Source: Histomonas meleagridis 2922-C6/04-290x
Lineage: Eukaryota; Protista; Parabasalia
Direction of reading: 5' to 3'
Length of the DNA stretch: 64,000 nt
Assembly: GCA_020184695.1 (NCBI GenBank)
Contig: JAANOX010000082.1
Span: 150,809-214,808, forward strand
The position numbers and the translations under genes are program-made. The notes under the pieces were generated by a model, which made no database searches, was not told the origin of the DNA, and saw only the letters and a program-made list of their open reading frames with translations. How positions within the stretch are numbered: position 1 is the stretch's first letter; each line of letters opens with the position of its first letter. Shown piece by piece: positions 1-10,673 of the stretch.

Positions 1-666
1 TGAATTTGAAATTTCAAATGTTTTGAACTCATTACATGAATTAAATGCATAACTTTTAATATATAGAACTGACTTTGGCAATTCATAATTATTTACTGAT
101 TTTCCACATGGATAACATATGATTGAACTAATATCTTTACTATAAATGACTCCATCATCTTTGTAATTGCTATAATTTTGATTTTCATTTGATATTTTTA
201 TATATTGAAGTTTAATACAATTTGAAAAAACATTTTCTCCAATATAAGTAACTGATTTTGAAATTGTGATTGTGTTTAATAATTCGCATCTCTGAAATGC
301 ATTGGAATCAAGAGAAATAATCGAATTTGGTAATGTGAGATTACTTAAGGAACAACATGTTTCAAAAGCACTTTCTTCAATTGTTCTTAAGTTATTACTA
401 AACTTAATCGATTCTAATAATGAACAGTGATAAAATGCTTTGAAACCAATCGATGTAACTGAGTCACTGAGATCTACAGTAATAATTCTCCATAAAGAGA
501 ATGCATAACTTGGAATCTCAGTGACATTATTCATTATTATTATATGTTTCGCTACTGCTCGATATTGCTTTATAGATATACCAAACAATGACAATGTTAG
601 TGTTTGTGTTTTTTCATCATATGCTTGCAATGTGTGAAACAAAAACAATGAGAACATAAAACCCAT
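1..666 (-). CDS. BspA-like leucine-rich-repeat (LRR_5/TpLRR) surface protein, 3' end beyond the window edge
   Basis: Manual translation from ATG at 666 gives MGFMFSLFLFHTLQAYDEK...VTEIPSYAFS...SVTSIGFKAFYHCSLLESIKF...LRTIEESAFETCCSLSNLTLPNSI. It stays open for 222 codons to position 1 and has typical xxIGxxAFxxCxxLxxI repeats. It is absent from the ORF track because no stop lies in the window. Confidence 0.85.
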   Translation of the reverse strand, partial: MGFMFSLFLFHTLQAYDEKTQTLTLSLFGISIKQYRAVAKHIIIMNNVTEIPSYAFSLWRIITVDLSDSVTSIGFKAFYHCSLLESIKFSNNLRTIEESAFETCCSLSNLTLPNSIISLDSNAFQRCELLNTITISKSVTYIGENVFSNCIKLQYIKISNENQNYSNYKDDGVIYSKDISSIICYPCGKSVNNYELPKSVLYIKSYAFNSCNEFKTFEISNS

Positions 667-1127
667 TTCTCCAAAAAAATATGTGAATATGTAAACTACT
701 CAAATAGGTGGCCGGGGTGAGGTGATGTAACAAACTTTTTAAATGTCTATTTGGTTTTGTCCTTTGAAACAATCATGATTACAACAGTCAAGTGACTCAA
801 CCGAAATCTACATACAAAAAGATTTGTAATTATCTCAAAATTCTGAAGATGAACTGTTTCAGTGAAATTTTTACGGTTAAAGCTGCTTGTCAAAATGGTT
901 TGAAAGAAAAATTTGTTTTGCTGTGCGAAAAGAGATCTCTTATCAAAAAATAAACATGTTAAAGGAAAGTGATTTTAAAATATTTTGTGAATTGTTATTA
1001 TTTACCTTGGTTTCATAGAGTTTTGTGCTTCTACAAGAGGAACTGTTTTATTGTTATTTACCTTACTTTCAATTGATTGTTGTGATGTTTCTATGCGTGA
1101 ATTACTATTGCTTATCTTTGTCTTTAA

Positions 1128-1210
1128 AATATGTTTTAATAATTTGAAGCAACACTTCATATAGCAGTTAGAAATAATAATATGGAAATAGTAAAATTAC
1201 TTTTTGATAA
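1128..1210 (+). pseudogene. Isolated ankyrin-repeat remnant preceded by one copy of the 20-nt insert unit
   Basis: atatgttttaataattt is followed by gaa gca aca ctt cat ata gca gtt aga aat aat aat atg gaa ata gta aaa tta ctt ttt gat aaa (EATLHIAVRNNNMEIVKLLFDK). This is nearly identical to the repeats at 33.4-34.3 kb. Confidence 0.75.
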
Positions 1211-2093
1211 AGTTTATGGGTACATCTTTTAAACCGATTATATGAGGCAGTGAATGATATGAATAAGTTCTGGAATGTTTAATTACATTTCACATTCATT
1301 TTGGTAGTTATTAAAATGCCAAAAAACATTATATAAGTATAGATCTCCTTCATGTGAAAATATAACACTGTCATATCGTGATGAAGGAACAAAATTAAAA
1401 TGATATTCTCTTAATTATTACATTTGATACTTCTTCAAGTGAATTAATTCCATATTTTTCTTTGAATTAAACACAATCAATGATATAATTTTTATGCTCC
1501 TAATTAATTTCTATGATATCTTTGGAAACATGTGCTTCCCATTTAGTCACTAAGCATGCTTAGGGCAATACATGTAAAAATGTTCATAATAAAATATGTT
1601 TTCTATTTCATGTTTGTCTTTAAAGGAATATAAAAAAAGTCAGTTCAAATAATTCATACCTAATTCTTGAGTAACAAAAAATTAAAATATGTCTATGGAA
1701 AAATAGATGCACAATAGTATTTACATATTCGAATTCATCATACCAACATTGTTGAATTTGGGAATGCTTGAGAGGAACTAGAGTAAACAATAATGATTTG
1801 TGGAACATAATTTGCATGGTATGATTTACCTATGTTAAAAGATATTATTGAAATACATTGTAATTGCTAGTGTTAATGATATATTTTATGGGTTAAGTTA
1901 GTTCATACATTAATCCCAATGTTCATTAAAGAATTATAAAAAGTCACGAAGCTAAAATACTTATCGTTATTATAAAAAAGTCATACATTGAATAGTTTAC
2001 ATCATTTGTAAGCACGACGATAGAACATTCACAAATAATTTATAACAATTGTTATAAAAAATTATAATATATCCTTTATCAACAACAAAAAGT

Positions 2094-3407
2094 TCAATAC
2101 GCATATCCAATTATTCTCTTTCTTATTGACGGGACATTCATAATCACCAAAAATCCAAACAACAGAACCATTTCTACAACAGATCCGAACACAACAATTT
2201 TCATAGCGGGAGATTTATCAGCGCTTTTAGCGATCGATGATATTACATTTTCATGGTCAATTCCTTCTTCATCCATTTGTTCGAAGATTGCTTTCAAGTT
2301 CAGAATCTGATCATAAGTTTTGAAAAACTTTTCTTTCAGTGTCGAGTTAAAAAAGTCCAACATCTTCTGCGCCGAATTCATTGCTGCGCCTGCAACGTCG
2401 CGCGCACTTTGTACCCGCTCCACAATTTTGATCGTTCGCTTCTGCCACTTTTGTGAATACATCAAAAGATTTTCCTGAACAAACTCAGTCAAATCTGAGA
2501 ACGATGCGACGTCAAATGACGCGTGGTTAACCTCATCGACAACATCGAAAACGCGATCTGTTGTTGATTCTGGGGTTTCCGTAACATTAGGAACACCTGA
2601 CGGATTCAAGCGTTTGAAGGATTGAAGCTCAGATGTGGTTTTGTTGAAAATTGGATTTCGGAACCCTGATTTATGTGGATGTTTGACATGTCCATGATTT
2701 CTATGGTTCCCAAGTGTGTGTTGATGTTCTTCAAAATTTAATACTCTGCTTGAAAAGTCGTCGATTTTAAATAATATTTCATAAAGATTAATTTGCGTGT
2801 AATATTTATTGCACGCGGCAGTAAGGCCAATGTAGTGCTCATAAAGGCTGACATTAAGGCGTTGAGTAAAATATTGTTTACCATCAATATTAACGGAAAC
2901 TTCTTTATCGTTGAAATTAAGGGTAAACAAAATTGGAGTGTTGTCTTGAAAAGGAATTGATATATCTGGGTGATCAAAATTTTCAAGAGAATATGCTTTT
3001 TCTCCAGAAGATTGAATTAAACTCATTTGAAGAGTTTGTTGTTCTGTTGAATGATCTATTAAACCTACAAAGGAGATGCCTCTGAATTTTGAAGGCCCAC
3101 CACAAATTGGACCAGAAGTTCCATACTTGTTAACTATTAAAAAGTTAAATCCACCTCCACCATTTCCTTCGCCAAATTCAATCTTAAATGAAATAGACCA
3201 AGGAAATTCTGGAACTTCCACTTTAGTCCATAAAAAGCCTTTTCTATATTGTATTGGTGGAGTGAGCATAATCATGTCTTTGTATATAACTGAAGAGCCA
3301 CCAACTTCCCAATAACCAATATTTCCTTCCTCTGTTGGTTCAAATGGTGGTGATAAGTCTGCAGTTGTTTTAGAAACACATTGAAACACTAAAACAACAA
3401 CAAACAT
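2094..3407 (-). CDS. L-type (legume-like) lectin, ERGIC-53/VIP36/LMAN-like type I membrane protein
   Basis: N-terminal signal peptide, lectin-fold motifs (YWEVGGSSVIYKDMIMLTPPIQYRKGFLWT; FKIEFGEGNGGGGFNF; YIGLTAAC), a helical stalk, a C-terminal TM helix and a short tail. TCACT Inr at 3422-3426 (- strand). Confidence 0.75.
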   Translation of the reverse strand: MFVVVLVFQCVSKTTADLSPPFEPTEEGNIGYWEVGGSSVIYKDMIMLTPPIQYRKGFLWTKVEVPEFPWSISFKIEFGEGNGGGGFNFLIVNKYGTSGPICGGPSKFRGISFVGLIDHSTEQQTLQMSLIQSSGEKAYSLENFDHPDISIPFQDNTPILFTLNFNDKEVSVNIDGKQYFTQRLNVSLYEHYIGLTAACNKYYTQINLYEILFKIDDFSSRVLNFEEHQHTLGNHRNHGHVKHPHKSGFRNPIFNKTTSELQSFKRLNPSGVPNVTETPESTTDRVFDVVDEVNHASFDVASFSDLTEFVQENLLMYSQKWQKRTIKIVERVQSARDVAGAAMNSAQKMLDFFNSTLKEKFFKTYDQILNLKAIFEQMDEEGIDHENVISSIAKSADKSPAMKIVVFGSVVEMVLLFGFLVIMNVPSIRKRIIGYAY

Positions 3408-3618
3408 TTTGCGGTTTTGACAGTGATTCGAAATGTTATGTGAAAAATAACACAGAAGTGCAAAAAATGATGAAAATGAAACTGAATAACAAGCTTTTAA
3501 TGTATATAATTTACAAAATATTATATCCCTATCACAAATAATCTTGCAAAAATGTTTTGCAAAAAGTTGTGAAATTTTGAAATATACAAAAAAATTCTTT
3601 GATAAAACAAAACAATTG

Positions 3619-3828
3619 TCATATGTACAAGTGCTTTATCACTAAGCAGGCAATGCAAATTACTACAAACAAATGAGGTATGTATCCATTCCAATCAATT
3701 TTTGTGTCAGATATCTTATCAACATTTTGTAATTCTTCGCGAATACAATCATTTAATTCCTTTAAAGCATCTAACTGCGATAATAATTCCAATCTTGTCT
3801 CTCTTCCTTCTTCTTTGGTTTCTTCCAT
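3619..3828 (-). CDS. Small tail-anchored coiled-coil membrane protein, function unknown
   Basis: 69 aa with a charged heptad-like N-terminus and a C-terminal hydrophobic segment (LFVVICIACLVI). An Inr-like TCACTTTTCATT lies directly upstream of the ATG. Confidence 0.55.
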   Translation of the reverse strand: MEETKEEGRETRLELLSQLDALKELNDCIREELQNVDKISDTKIDWNGYIPHLFVVICIACLVIKHLYI

Positions 3829-3851
3829 CCAATGAAAAGTGACAAACGTTT

Positions 3852-4394
3852 ATGATAAAAACCGTTTTGACACTTTTTAGACCAATGCTAACTGTTTTTC
3901 TTTATCTTGCAAGCCTCACAGCACCCAAATACATAACAATTTCTGTGTCCGACTTTTATCAAATGGAATACGAGATGAACACACAAGGTACATCATATGC
4001 TGTTGAACCTTCTAATTACAATATAAATAAAACTGTTTATGTAATGCGCGAGAGTGGTGAAAGAGAAGATGGTTCTAACTATACATCTTACAAGGTTACT
4101 GGAACTACACAAGAATTAGCAGAATTAAGAGCTTCATTGAACTTAATTTCTGATCCAATTTCAAATATTTCCGATTATACTCAACAAGGATATACAGTTA
4201 AATTCATCTTTCTTGAAAAGGCAGCTTCCTTTAGTCAAATGAGTACTTTCTGGGTGAATATAGTTGTATGGATAATTTTCATTGCAGCAGCTTTATCTGG
4301 TTATTTGATATGGCACTTCGACAACTATAGCAAAGATCCAAGGAACTCATTGTTGTTCGTAACCGAAGGAAATAGGATTGTCACAGGTGAATAA
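3852..4394 (+). CDS. Type I membrane protein, possibly ATP6AP2/renin-receptor-like V-ATPase accessory subunit
   Basis: Signal peptide, one TM helix (FWVNIVVWIIFIAAALSGYLIW) and tail HFDNYSKDPRNSLLFVT, which resembles the Renin_r tail (WxMD...DSxIY/F). The true start may be the second Met (3885). Confidence 0.5.
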   Translation: MIKTVLTLFRPMLTVFLYLASLTAPKYITISVSDFYQMEYEMNTQGTSYAVEPSNYNINKTVYVMRESGEREDGSNYTSYKVTGTTQELAELRASLNLISDPISNISDYTQQGYTVKFIFLEKAASFSQMSTFWVNIVVWIIFIAAALSGYLIWHFDNYSKDPRNSLLFVTEGNRIVTGE

Positions 4395-4763
4395 ATAAAT
4401 AATTATCCATTTTCATTTTAAATGTTTATAACTTCCTACTGAAGCAGCAATTAACTGAGACACATATTGTTACAATAAAAATTTAGAGTCAGAGCACACT
4501 GACTAAATTTAGCAAAAAATTCCGAAATTTTAAATTCATTATCTTCATCATTATTCTCTTGTATGGTATAATAAAGGTAAAAAAGTTTTTTCTTACTGCA
4601 TTACACGTTATGAAATCTTAAATTAAATTTGTGCGCAACAAATGTCATTTAACACTATACAGTGAATAATCCAAAGATTTGTTATTAATAACCAAGAAAA
4701 AATTTTATCGAATTGTTTACATATCAATTGAGAGTTGGAATTATTTCGCAATGATTTATGAAT

Positions 4764-5903
4764 TTATTTTAAGTCATCTTTTGCAAGTTCACGCGCGAAA
4801 TTTTGCAATATGTTCTCGAACTCTTCGACCGAGTCCGCTCTCAGTTTTTTGATTTCGATGATTGAGACGTCGTAAACTTCGTCTTTCAAAAGTTGAATGG
4901 AAAAGCCGGTTTGAAACGGTTTTCTTACGAAGACTTTGAACCTTGATTTCCCGCCTGCGGAAGTCAAGTTCGTGTCAGGCCCATCGAAGAATCTGCGAAT
5001 TGTTTCTTCGATTTCGTTAAGTGTCTTCAGCGACTCAATAATGAATTTATTTGATGTTTTTTCAACTTCTCCTAATCCAATGTCATTCTCATCTCTGTCT
5101 TGTGCGAGCCATGGATGATTCAAAAGTTCGTCAACTGATGGCCTTTTTGCAGGATCATGTACCAAAATTTTCTCAAGAAGATCATTAACTTTATCGGAGA
5201 AATATGGTGGGAACTCGATGCTGTGCTTAACAATTTGTTCCCCAAGACTCGCAATTTGGAGGTTTGGAGGATCATCTGGTTTGGAAATAAAAGGAATATG
5301 ACCAGACAAAATACTATACAGAAAAATGCCACATGCCCAAACATCTGCTTTCTTGCCATCGTATTTTTCGCTGGTGAAAATTTCAGGTGCTTGGAAATTT
5401 GGAGTTCCATAAGCACCTGAAACAAAACCATCGTCAGGAAGAAACTTAGCATTGAAAAAGCAGCCAAGTTTGAATTTTCCATCAACAATGAACACATTTT
5501 CAGGACGAATATCAAGATGAACAATTTGATTAGAATGCAAATGTGATACAGCAACAAGTAGGTCATTAAAGATGATTTTTGCAGAAGATTCCTTCAGAGG
5601 GAATTGAGATCTATAATGATGAATTAAATTAACATCTTCAGATTCAACAATTTGAAAATAAACAGAATTAAAAGTAGACTCTATAAAACTTTGAATAAGG
5701 TTGTGATGAACAGATCCAAGAACTTCACATTCGGCACGAAGTTTATCGATAAATCTTGTTGATAAAACTGCTTTCCTATGAACGCAGTGTGCAGTGCATT
5801 GATTACTACCAATTTTTGAAACCAATTTTCTGCGTACGTATGGACCTGGCATTGGTGTTTCTTCGAGAATTCTGTATCTTCCGCTTGGATCTTCTGTATC
5901 CAT
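4764..5903 (-). CDS. CAMK-group protein kinase-fold protein, probable pseudokinase
   Basis: HLDIRPEN catalytic loop, GTPNFQAPE, DVWACG and RPSVDELLNHPW are present. There is no Gly-rich loop, beta3 reads CTAHCV (no Lys), and DFG is replaced by CFF. Confidence 0.85.
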   Translation of the reverse strand: MDTEDPSGRYRILEETPMPGPYVRRKLVSKIGSNQCTAHCVHRKAVLSTRFIDKLRAECEVLGSVHHNLIQSFIESTFNSVYFQIVESEDVNLIHHYRSQFPLKESSAKIIFNDLLVAVSHLHSNQIVHLDIRPENVFIVDGKFKLGCFFNAKFLPDDGFVSGAYGTPNFQAPEIFTSEKYDGKKADVWACGIFLYSILSGHIPFISKPDDPPNLQIASLGEQIVKHSIEFPPYFSDKVNDLLEKILVHDPAKRPSVDELLNHPWLAQDRDENDIGLGEVEKTSNKFIIESLKTLNEIEETIRRFFDGPDTNLTSAGGKSRFKVFVRKPFQTGFSIQLLKDEVYDVSIIEIKKLRADSVEEFENILQNFARELAKDDLK

Positions 5904-6236
5904 TTTAGTTTTGTAAAATACTCAAAAAGTTTTACATTGCATTTGACTCGAACTTTATCCACTAAAATCACTTGTATTATCAAAATAAACAACAAATTTA
6001 CCCAATGCTCAAAAAATTGCTTTTATTTGTCTGATGTTTAGGCATTGAATTAAGCTCATCGTGAATTTGATTTAATCTCAAACTCTGATCCAAAAATTCA
6101 TAAACAAACACATAATGACTTTACCTAACTAAGATGTGCAATTCTCGTCAAACTGGTGAATAAATTTTAATATTAAAAATATTTTAAAATGCTTTTACAT
6201 GCTGACAGAGTTTGTTAATTTTGACACAAAATTCGA

Positions 6237-6662
6237 TCAAAGATATTCAATCTCATTTTTCGGTCTCCCCAACTTAGTACACCACCGTCCATATGGTGGT
6301 GGGGTTTTTTTGTTCCACTTCGCTAATTTCTTCGAAATATATTGTTGTTCGGATTCAGTAAATTCCTTACCTTCTATTTCGTAGAAGCTTGGAAGATTTG
6401 GGTCCCAGTTTGCGATCATCTCAGACTTAGAATACGATAAATATTCATCAAGGATGACAGGATCATTCGTGAAGCGATGTTCTTTGCTCATTCGGAGTTG
6501 ATCGTTTATGCATTCTCCGTTTAAGTTACAAACAATAGATATTAGAATATAATGATTCATTATTCCTCCCAGATCTGTACCAGACGTATTTTTTATCTGA
6601 TTCTCGGCAAAATCTACTCTCATCTGAAAAAATAAATTTTTCAACTTCAATTTGATTTCCAA
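6237..6662 (-). CDS. Hypothetical protein (likely start at Met MRVDF, 6623)
   Basis: Open frame with a non-random, motif-like C-terminus (WDPNLPSFYEIEGKEF...KTPPPYGRWCTKLGRPKNEIEYL). No family recognised. Confidence 0.6.
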   Translation of the reverse strand: MEIKLKLKNLFFQMRVDFAENQIKNTSGTDLGGIMNHYILISIVCNLNGECINDQLRMSKEHRFTNDPVILDEYLSYSKSEMIANWDPNLPSFYEIEGKEFTESEQQYISKKLAKWNKKTPPPYGRWCTKLGRPKNEIEYL

Positions 6663-6870
6663 TCAAAGACCGACAGAATTTTAAACGATTTTATTTTTGA
6701 ATTTCGTATAAGTTTGAGCCCTTTTTTGGCGGCCTATATTTGTAACCAATAAAACTTAAAGCTTTGGATAATGTGGATTTTGATACTCGTGTTTTTGTTT
6801 GCGAATAAATTTCATCCCCTATTTCTACTAAAGTATGTCTTCCATTTTTACTGAGTATATCATCAATAAT

Positions 6871-7125
6871 TTATAATTTATTCTCATTCATTGAATTCGG
6901 TCTTCCTAGAAATTTAGCATGGCACATGTAATCCTGGCCATTATCAATAGAAGTATGAACTTTTATAATCAAATCATGACTGATATGTTTTCCATGAAAA
7001 TTCTGCTGCCTAGCTTCATGTTGCGACATACCTAGACTTTTAAACGCTGCTATTGCTTGAATTCGGTTATTTTTTAAATCGATATCTTTTTTATATTTGA
7101 TTGACATTGGAAAAATGTTTTGCAT
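6871..7125 (-). pseudogene. Possible transposase N-terminal HTH remnant (Tc1/IS630-like)
   Basis: NRIQAIAAFKSLGMSQHEA...ISHDLIIKVH...KFLGRP is an HTH-like segment ending in a GRP motif. No catalytic domain follows. Confidence 0.35.
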
Positions 7126-7467
7126 TTTTTACTTATATTTTGTATAGTTTATTAGTGTCACTTTTGATAACTTTTTGAACAGCCCAAATTTATAAATTCA
7201 GTTTATATATTAAACTTGCGATTTCCACCCATCGTATATAGCGATCATCCTACGATCTTGATATTATGAATATATAATATATGTACATAGTTACATCTAT
7301 GATTAATATAAATCTAAGAATAATATCATGATGAGCACGAGATAAATTTATTCTTTCATTCCAAAAAGTGACAAAAATCGACTTTTGCATGGTTTATATC
7401 AAACGATAGCAACAACGATAAGTGACGATAGGAGCGAATTTGAATGATGATAAATATTATCAAAATT

Positions 7468-10400
7468 TTACTTAAACTTCAAGTAAATTGTTGGCGTTTC
7501 AACATTTCTTCTGTTTTCATCACTTTCCATGATAACACCTACTTGTATCATACCTTTTTCTTCAGGCAGTTTCATTCCAGCTTCCTTCACATACACATCT
7601 GTAATTTTTCTATTTGCATATTCCTCTTGTCTTTCTTTCGACAACAAAAAGTTATTATTTGCATAAACAATTGTTGTACCAATCATTATAATCATTGGCC
7701 TTAGTTTATACTTTTCAACAAATCTTTCATTGAATTCTCCAACCGTCAAATCGCCTTCAATTATCCACTTGTCCCACATAGAAAAGTGGTAATCAATTTC
7801 TTTGATGTATTTCATATCACATTTCATCGGCTGAATAAATTGAAAAGACGCCGTTGAAATGTTGATGAAACCGTCTTTGAAATCTTCCAAGTTTTTCTTA
7901 GAAATATTGTGCACTTTTAGCATTTCTAAGGTTACAAAACCGCAGATCATTGATGTTGTCGTGGCCAAAGCAGGGATTATATTGCCAGCAATGCCCTTAA
8001 TTTCAAGTTTATTACTTGTTGGTATCCGATATGAAATGGCTCTTAAGTTAGCAGCTGCACTAATAAAGTCAATATGACCATTAGTGTTATCATCTTTTTC
8101 AAATTCTTGGACATTTAACAGGGAATCATTGTTTCTAACGTCAGTTAATTTCTTGCATAATGATTGTACCTTACTAAGAAATGCCTTGTTGGAATTAACT
8201 CTCTTTTTCTTTGTATCATCATCATTTTCATTAGTATTTATGATGTTTTTACTTGGCTTCCATTCAGGTACTTCAACTTCATTTGCTTTAATATTTATAT
8301 TATTAAAATCAATTTCATTAATGTTATAAATTTTGGCGTACAAGAATGCTGCTGATTTAATAAAGTCAACATGAAATTCATTGTTGGCATCATATTTTTG
8401 AATCTCTGGAATACGTCGACTACCAGTCCAAAATGGTTGTCCGTTCTCGACTTTATCTGGTGGGTTTTGGTATAATAAGTCTCGATAATAAAAGTTGAAT
8501 AATTCTTCAAATTTGATTCGCGCAATTTTGATACAGTCATCAAAGTTATGAGGCTTCTCTTCAACTAAATATTTATAAGCCGACTCTAATGTCTCTAACA
8601 ATGTGCCTGGATCAGATTTTAACATTTTTTTCACATAGCCTTTGTCTTTGATGTATTGATTAATGTTCGACGGTTTTTGTGTGAATAAACCATAGAATGT
8701 GTCCTTGGCCCACATGGTGCAGTGGTTGATGTTTGTGGGGAATGAATGTAATGTACATTCAGGAATACCTTTGGTCGGGGGATCTATGTAGCTGCCATAG
8801 CTTTTAGTTAAAAATGGGACAATGATTTGGAAATGTCCCATTGGTCCTAATGTACCACTTTCTAATAATGGCTTTTGGTAATAAATACATTGGGAATCAT
8901 TGTAAAGACGAGTTTGTTGGTTATCTAATGCGTTACAAATTCCATCTAATGATTCATAAAATGAATTAGTATAGATATCTTCAGACTCAGGACCTACACG
9001 GTTTTGTTGTGGTTCGATTTTAAGAGATGGATTCATCTTTAGGACAGAATTTGCAGCAACCATTGATTTGGATTGACCAATGTTAGAATTCCGGAACAAA
9101 AATTGCCGATTGAGGTTAGAGCGTTCGATTTGGTCCATATCTGTTACATAGATCTTACCATTTGGTCCAGTTGATAATCCCATTAATGCCCAATTCTTTA
9201 AGATTTCACAACCAATGGCACCAGCGCCTACCATAAAGTATCGTAAGTTTTGTATTTTCTCTTGTTGTGCGTTTCCAAAAATTAATCGGTATGGATCATA
9301 TCGATCATTTTGTGGGATGTATTGGATATCTTCTAATGGTGGCAATGCTTCTATGTTGCTATATTCGAAGAACATTTGGATTGGTGTATATTTAGATGAT
9401 ACTGATTTAATAGCTTCTTGACCTGCTATACCTCCGAAAATTGATGATGTCTGTGAAATGACTGCATTTTCACGGACAAATTCTTTAAGTAATGTTGTGT
9501 CTATTATTTCGACTATTTGATATTCATTATTAACTTCTTTTGCGCACTGAATAAAGCTGTCAAAATCGATGTCACTTTTGCCTAGGTCCAAATAACGGTG
9601 TAAAGCTGTGAATGCCAAAAGTACTTGATTTTCTCTCCCGAAGTTTGTGAAGTCTGCGTTAATACATTCAGGGGATTTAATGGCTTCGGTATAACGCTTG
9701 AAATGCATTGTAACTGGTAAGATAATTTGGTTGCCATAACCGTTGCCATTTTCACATGTATATGGATGAAATGATGATGTATCACCAATGGAAAAAGACT
9801 TTTGATCAATCACCTTAACCGGAAATTCACGTCCATTTAATTCAGTCATACCTTCAACTTGATCAAATATAACATGATCACCATTAGATAAACCATGTTC
9901 TTCATGATCACCGATGACAACAACTCCTTCTTTATCATTGGTTACACCTGATAAAAGAAATCTGGTTGGCTTTTGACCGGATGGTTCTTGAACGAAAAAG
10001 TTATCTCCAAAGTCATTAAAGATAGAACCAAATACACCTCTTGTTTCAGTCATTATGAACTTGATATTGTTATCATGACAAAAGTTAGAGTATTCAATAA
10101 TTTGAGATTCTTTCATTGGTGTAGTAAAAACTACGCAATTAAATTGTTGCAAGAAACTATTTGTAAGTTCAACTGTAGAAGCTGAAACAGAAACATATTC
10201 ATTTAATTGGATTAATTTTGATAATGAAGCCATTGCTCTATTTTGACCGATATCTTCTTCAGTCAAATAAAATTGGGAAGCGAGGTCTTCCATTGTTGTT
10301 TTTTCCGTGTCATGAATCGTTACATTTTTTATACCAGCTAGAATCACATTTTTAGCGATTTCAACACCTAAACCACCCATTCCAGAAATCAAAACAGAAG

Positions 10401-10494
10401 AGTTCGACATTCTCTTCATTGCCTCAATCCCTAAAGCATAAATTTGGCGACTATAAAGATCTTCATCGATTTGAGTTTCTGTTGGCTTCGACAT
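7468..10494 (-). CDS. UBA1: Ubiquitin-activating enzyme E1
   Basis: DEDLYSRQIYALG, two adenylation domains (GMGGLG; GAGAIGCEILKN; DMDQIERSNLNRQFLF), catalytic Cys in PECTLHSFP, FEKDDNTNGHIDFI and GNIIPALATTT. The ATG start is at 10494 (the ORF track used TTG 10506). Confidence 0.95.
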   Translation of the reverse strand: MSKPTETQIDEDLYSRQIYALGIEAMKRMSNSSVLISGMGGLGVEIAKNVILAGIKNVTIHDTEKTTMEDLASQFYLTEEDIGQNRAMASLSKLIQLNEYVSVSASTVELTNSFLQQFNCVVFTTPMKESQIIEYSNFCHDNNIKFIMTETRGVFGSIFNDFGDNFFVQEPSGQKPTRFLLSGVTNDKEGVVVIGDHEEHGLSNGDHVIFDQVEGMTELNGREFPVKVIDQKSFSIGDTSSFHPYTCENGNGYGNQIILPVTMHFKRYTEAIKSPECINADFTNFGRENQVLLAFTALHRYLDLGKSDIDFDSFIQCAKEVNNEYQIVEIIDTTLLKEFVRENAVISQTSSIFGGIAGQEAIKSVSSKYTPIQMFFEYSNIEALPPLEDIQYIPQNDRYDPYRLIFGNAQQEKIQNLRYFMVGAGAIGCEILKNWALMGLSTGPNGKIYVTDMDQIERSNLNRQFLFRNSNIGQSKSMVAANSVLKMNPSLKIEPQQNRVGPESEDIYTNSFYESLDGICNALDNQQTRLYNDSQCIYYQKPLLESGTLGPMGHFQIIVPFLTKSYGSYIDPPTKGIPECTLHSFPTNINHCTMWAKDTFYGLFTQKPSNINQYIKDKGYVKKMLKSDPGTLLETLESAYKYLVEEKPHNFDDCIKIARIKFEELFNFYYRDLLYQNPPDKVENGQPFWTGSRRIPEIQKYDANNEFHVDFIKSAAFLYAKIYNINEIDFNNINIKANEVEVPEWKPSKNIINTNENDDDTKKKRVNSNKAFLSKVQSLCKKLTDVRNNDSLLNVQEFEKDDNTNGHIDFISAAANLRAISYRIPTSNKLEIKGIAGNIIPALATTTSMICGFVTLEMLKVHNISKKNLEDFKDGFINISTASFQFIQPMKCDMKYIKEIDYHFSMWDKWIIEGDLTVGEFNERFVEKYKLRPMIIMIGTTIVYANNNFLLSKERQEEYANRKITDVYVKEAGMKLPEEKGMIQVGVIMESDENRRNVETPTIYLKFK

Positions 10495-10673
10495 TAAGGA
10501 TGACAACGGTTATCGTCGTGGCAAATATTTTTTACATTTTGTCAATTTTCAATAGAACATAGACCTAACAAACATTGTCAAATCTACGTCACCGGTTCAT
10601 TAAATTAATTTGTATAAACTCAATGAAAAATTAAAACTATCTCAAAAACCTCAATACTTCAAAATACAATAAT

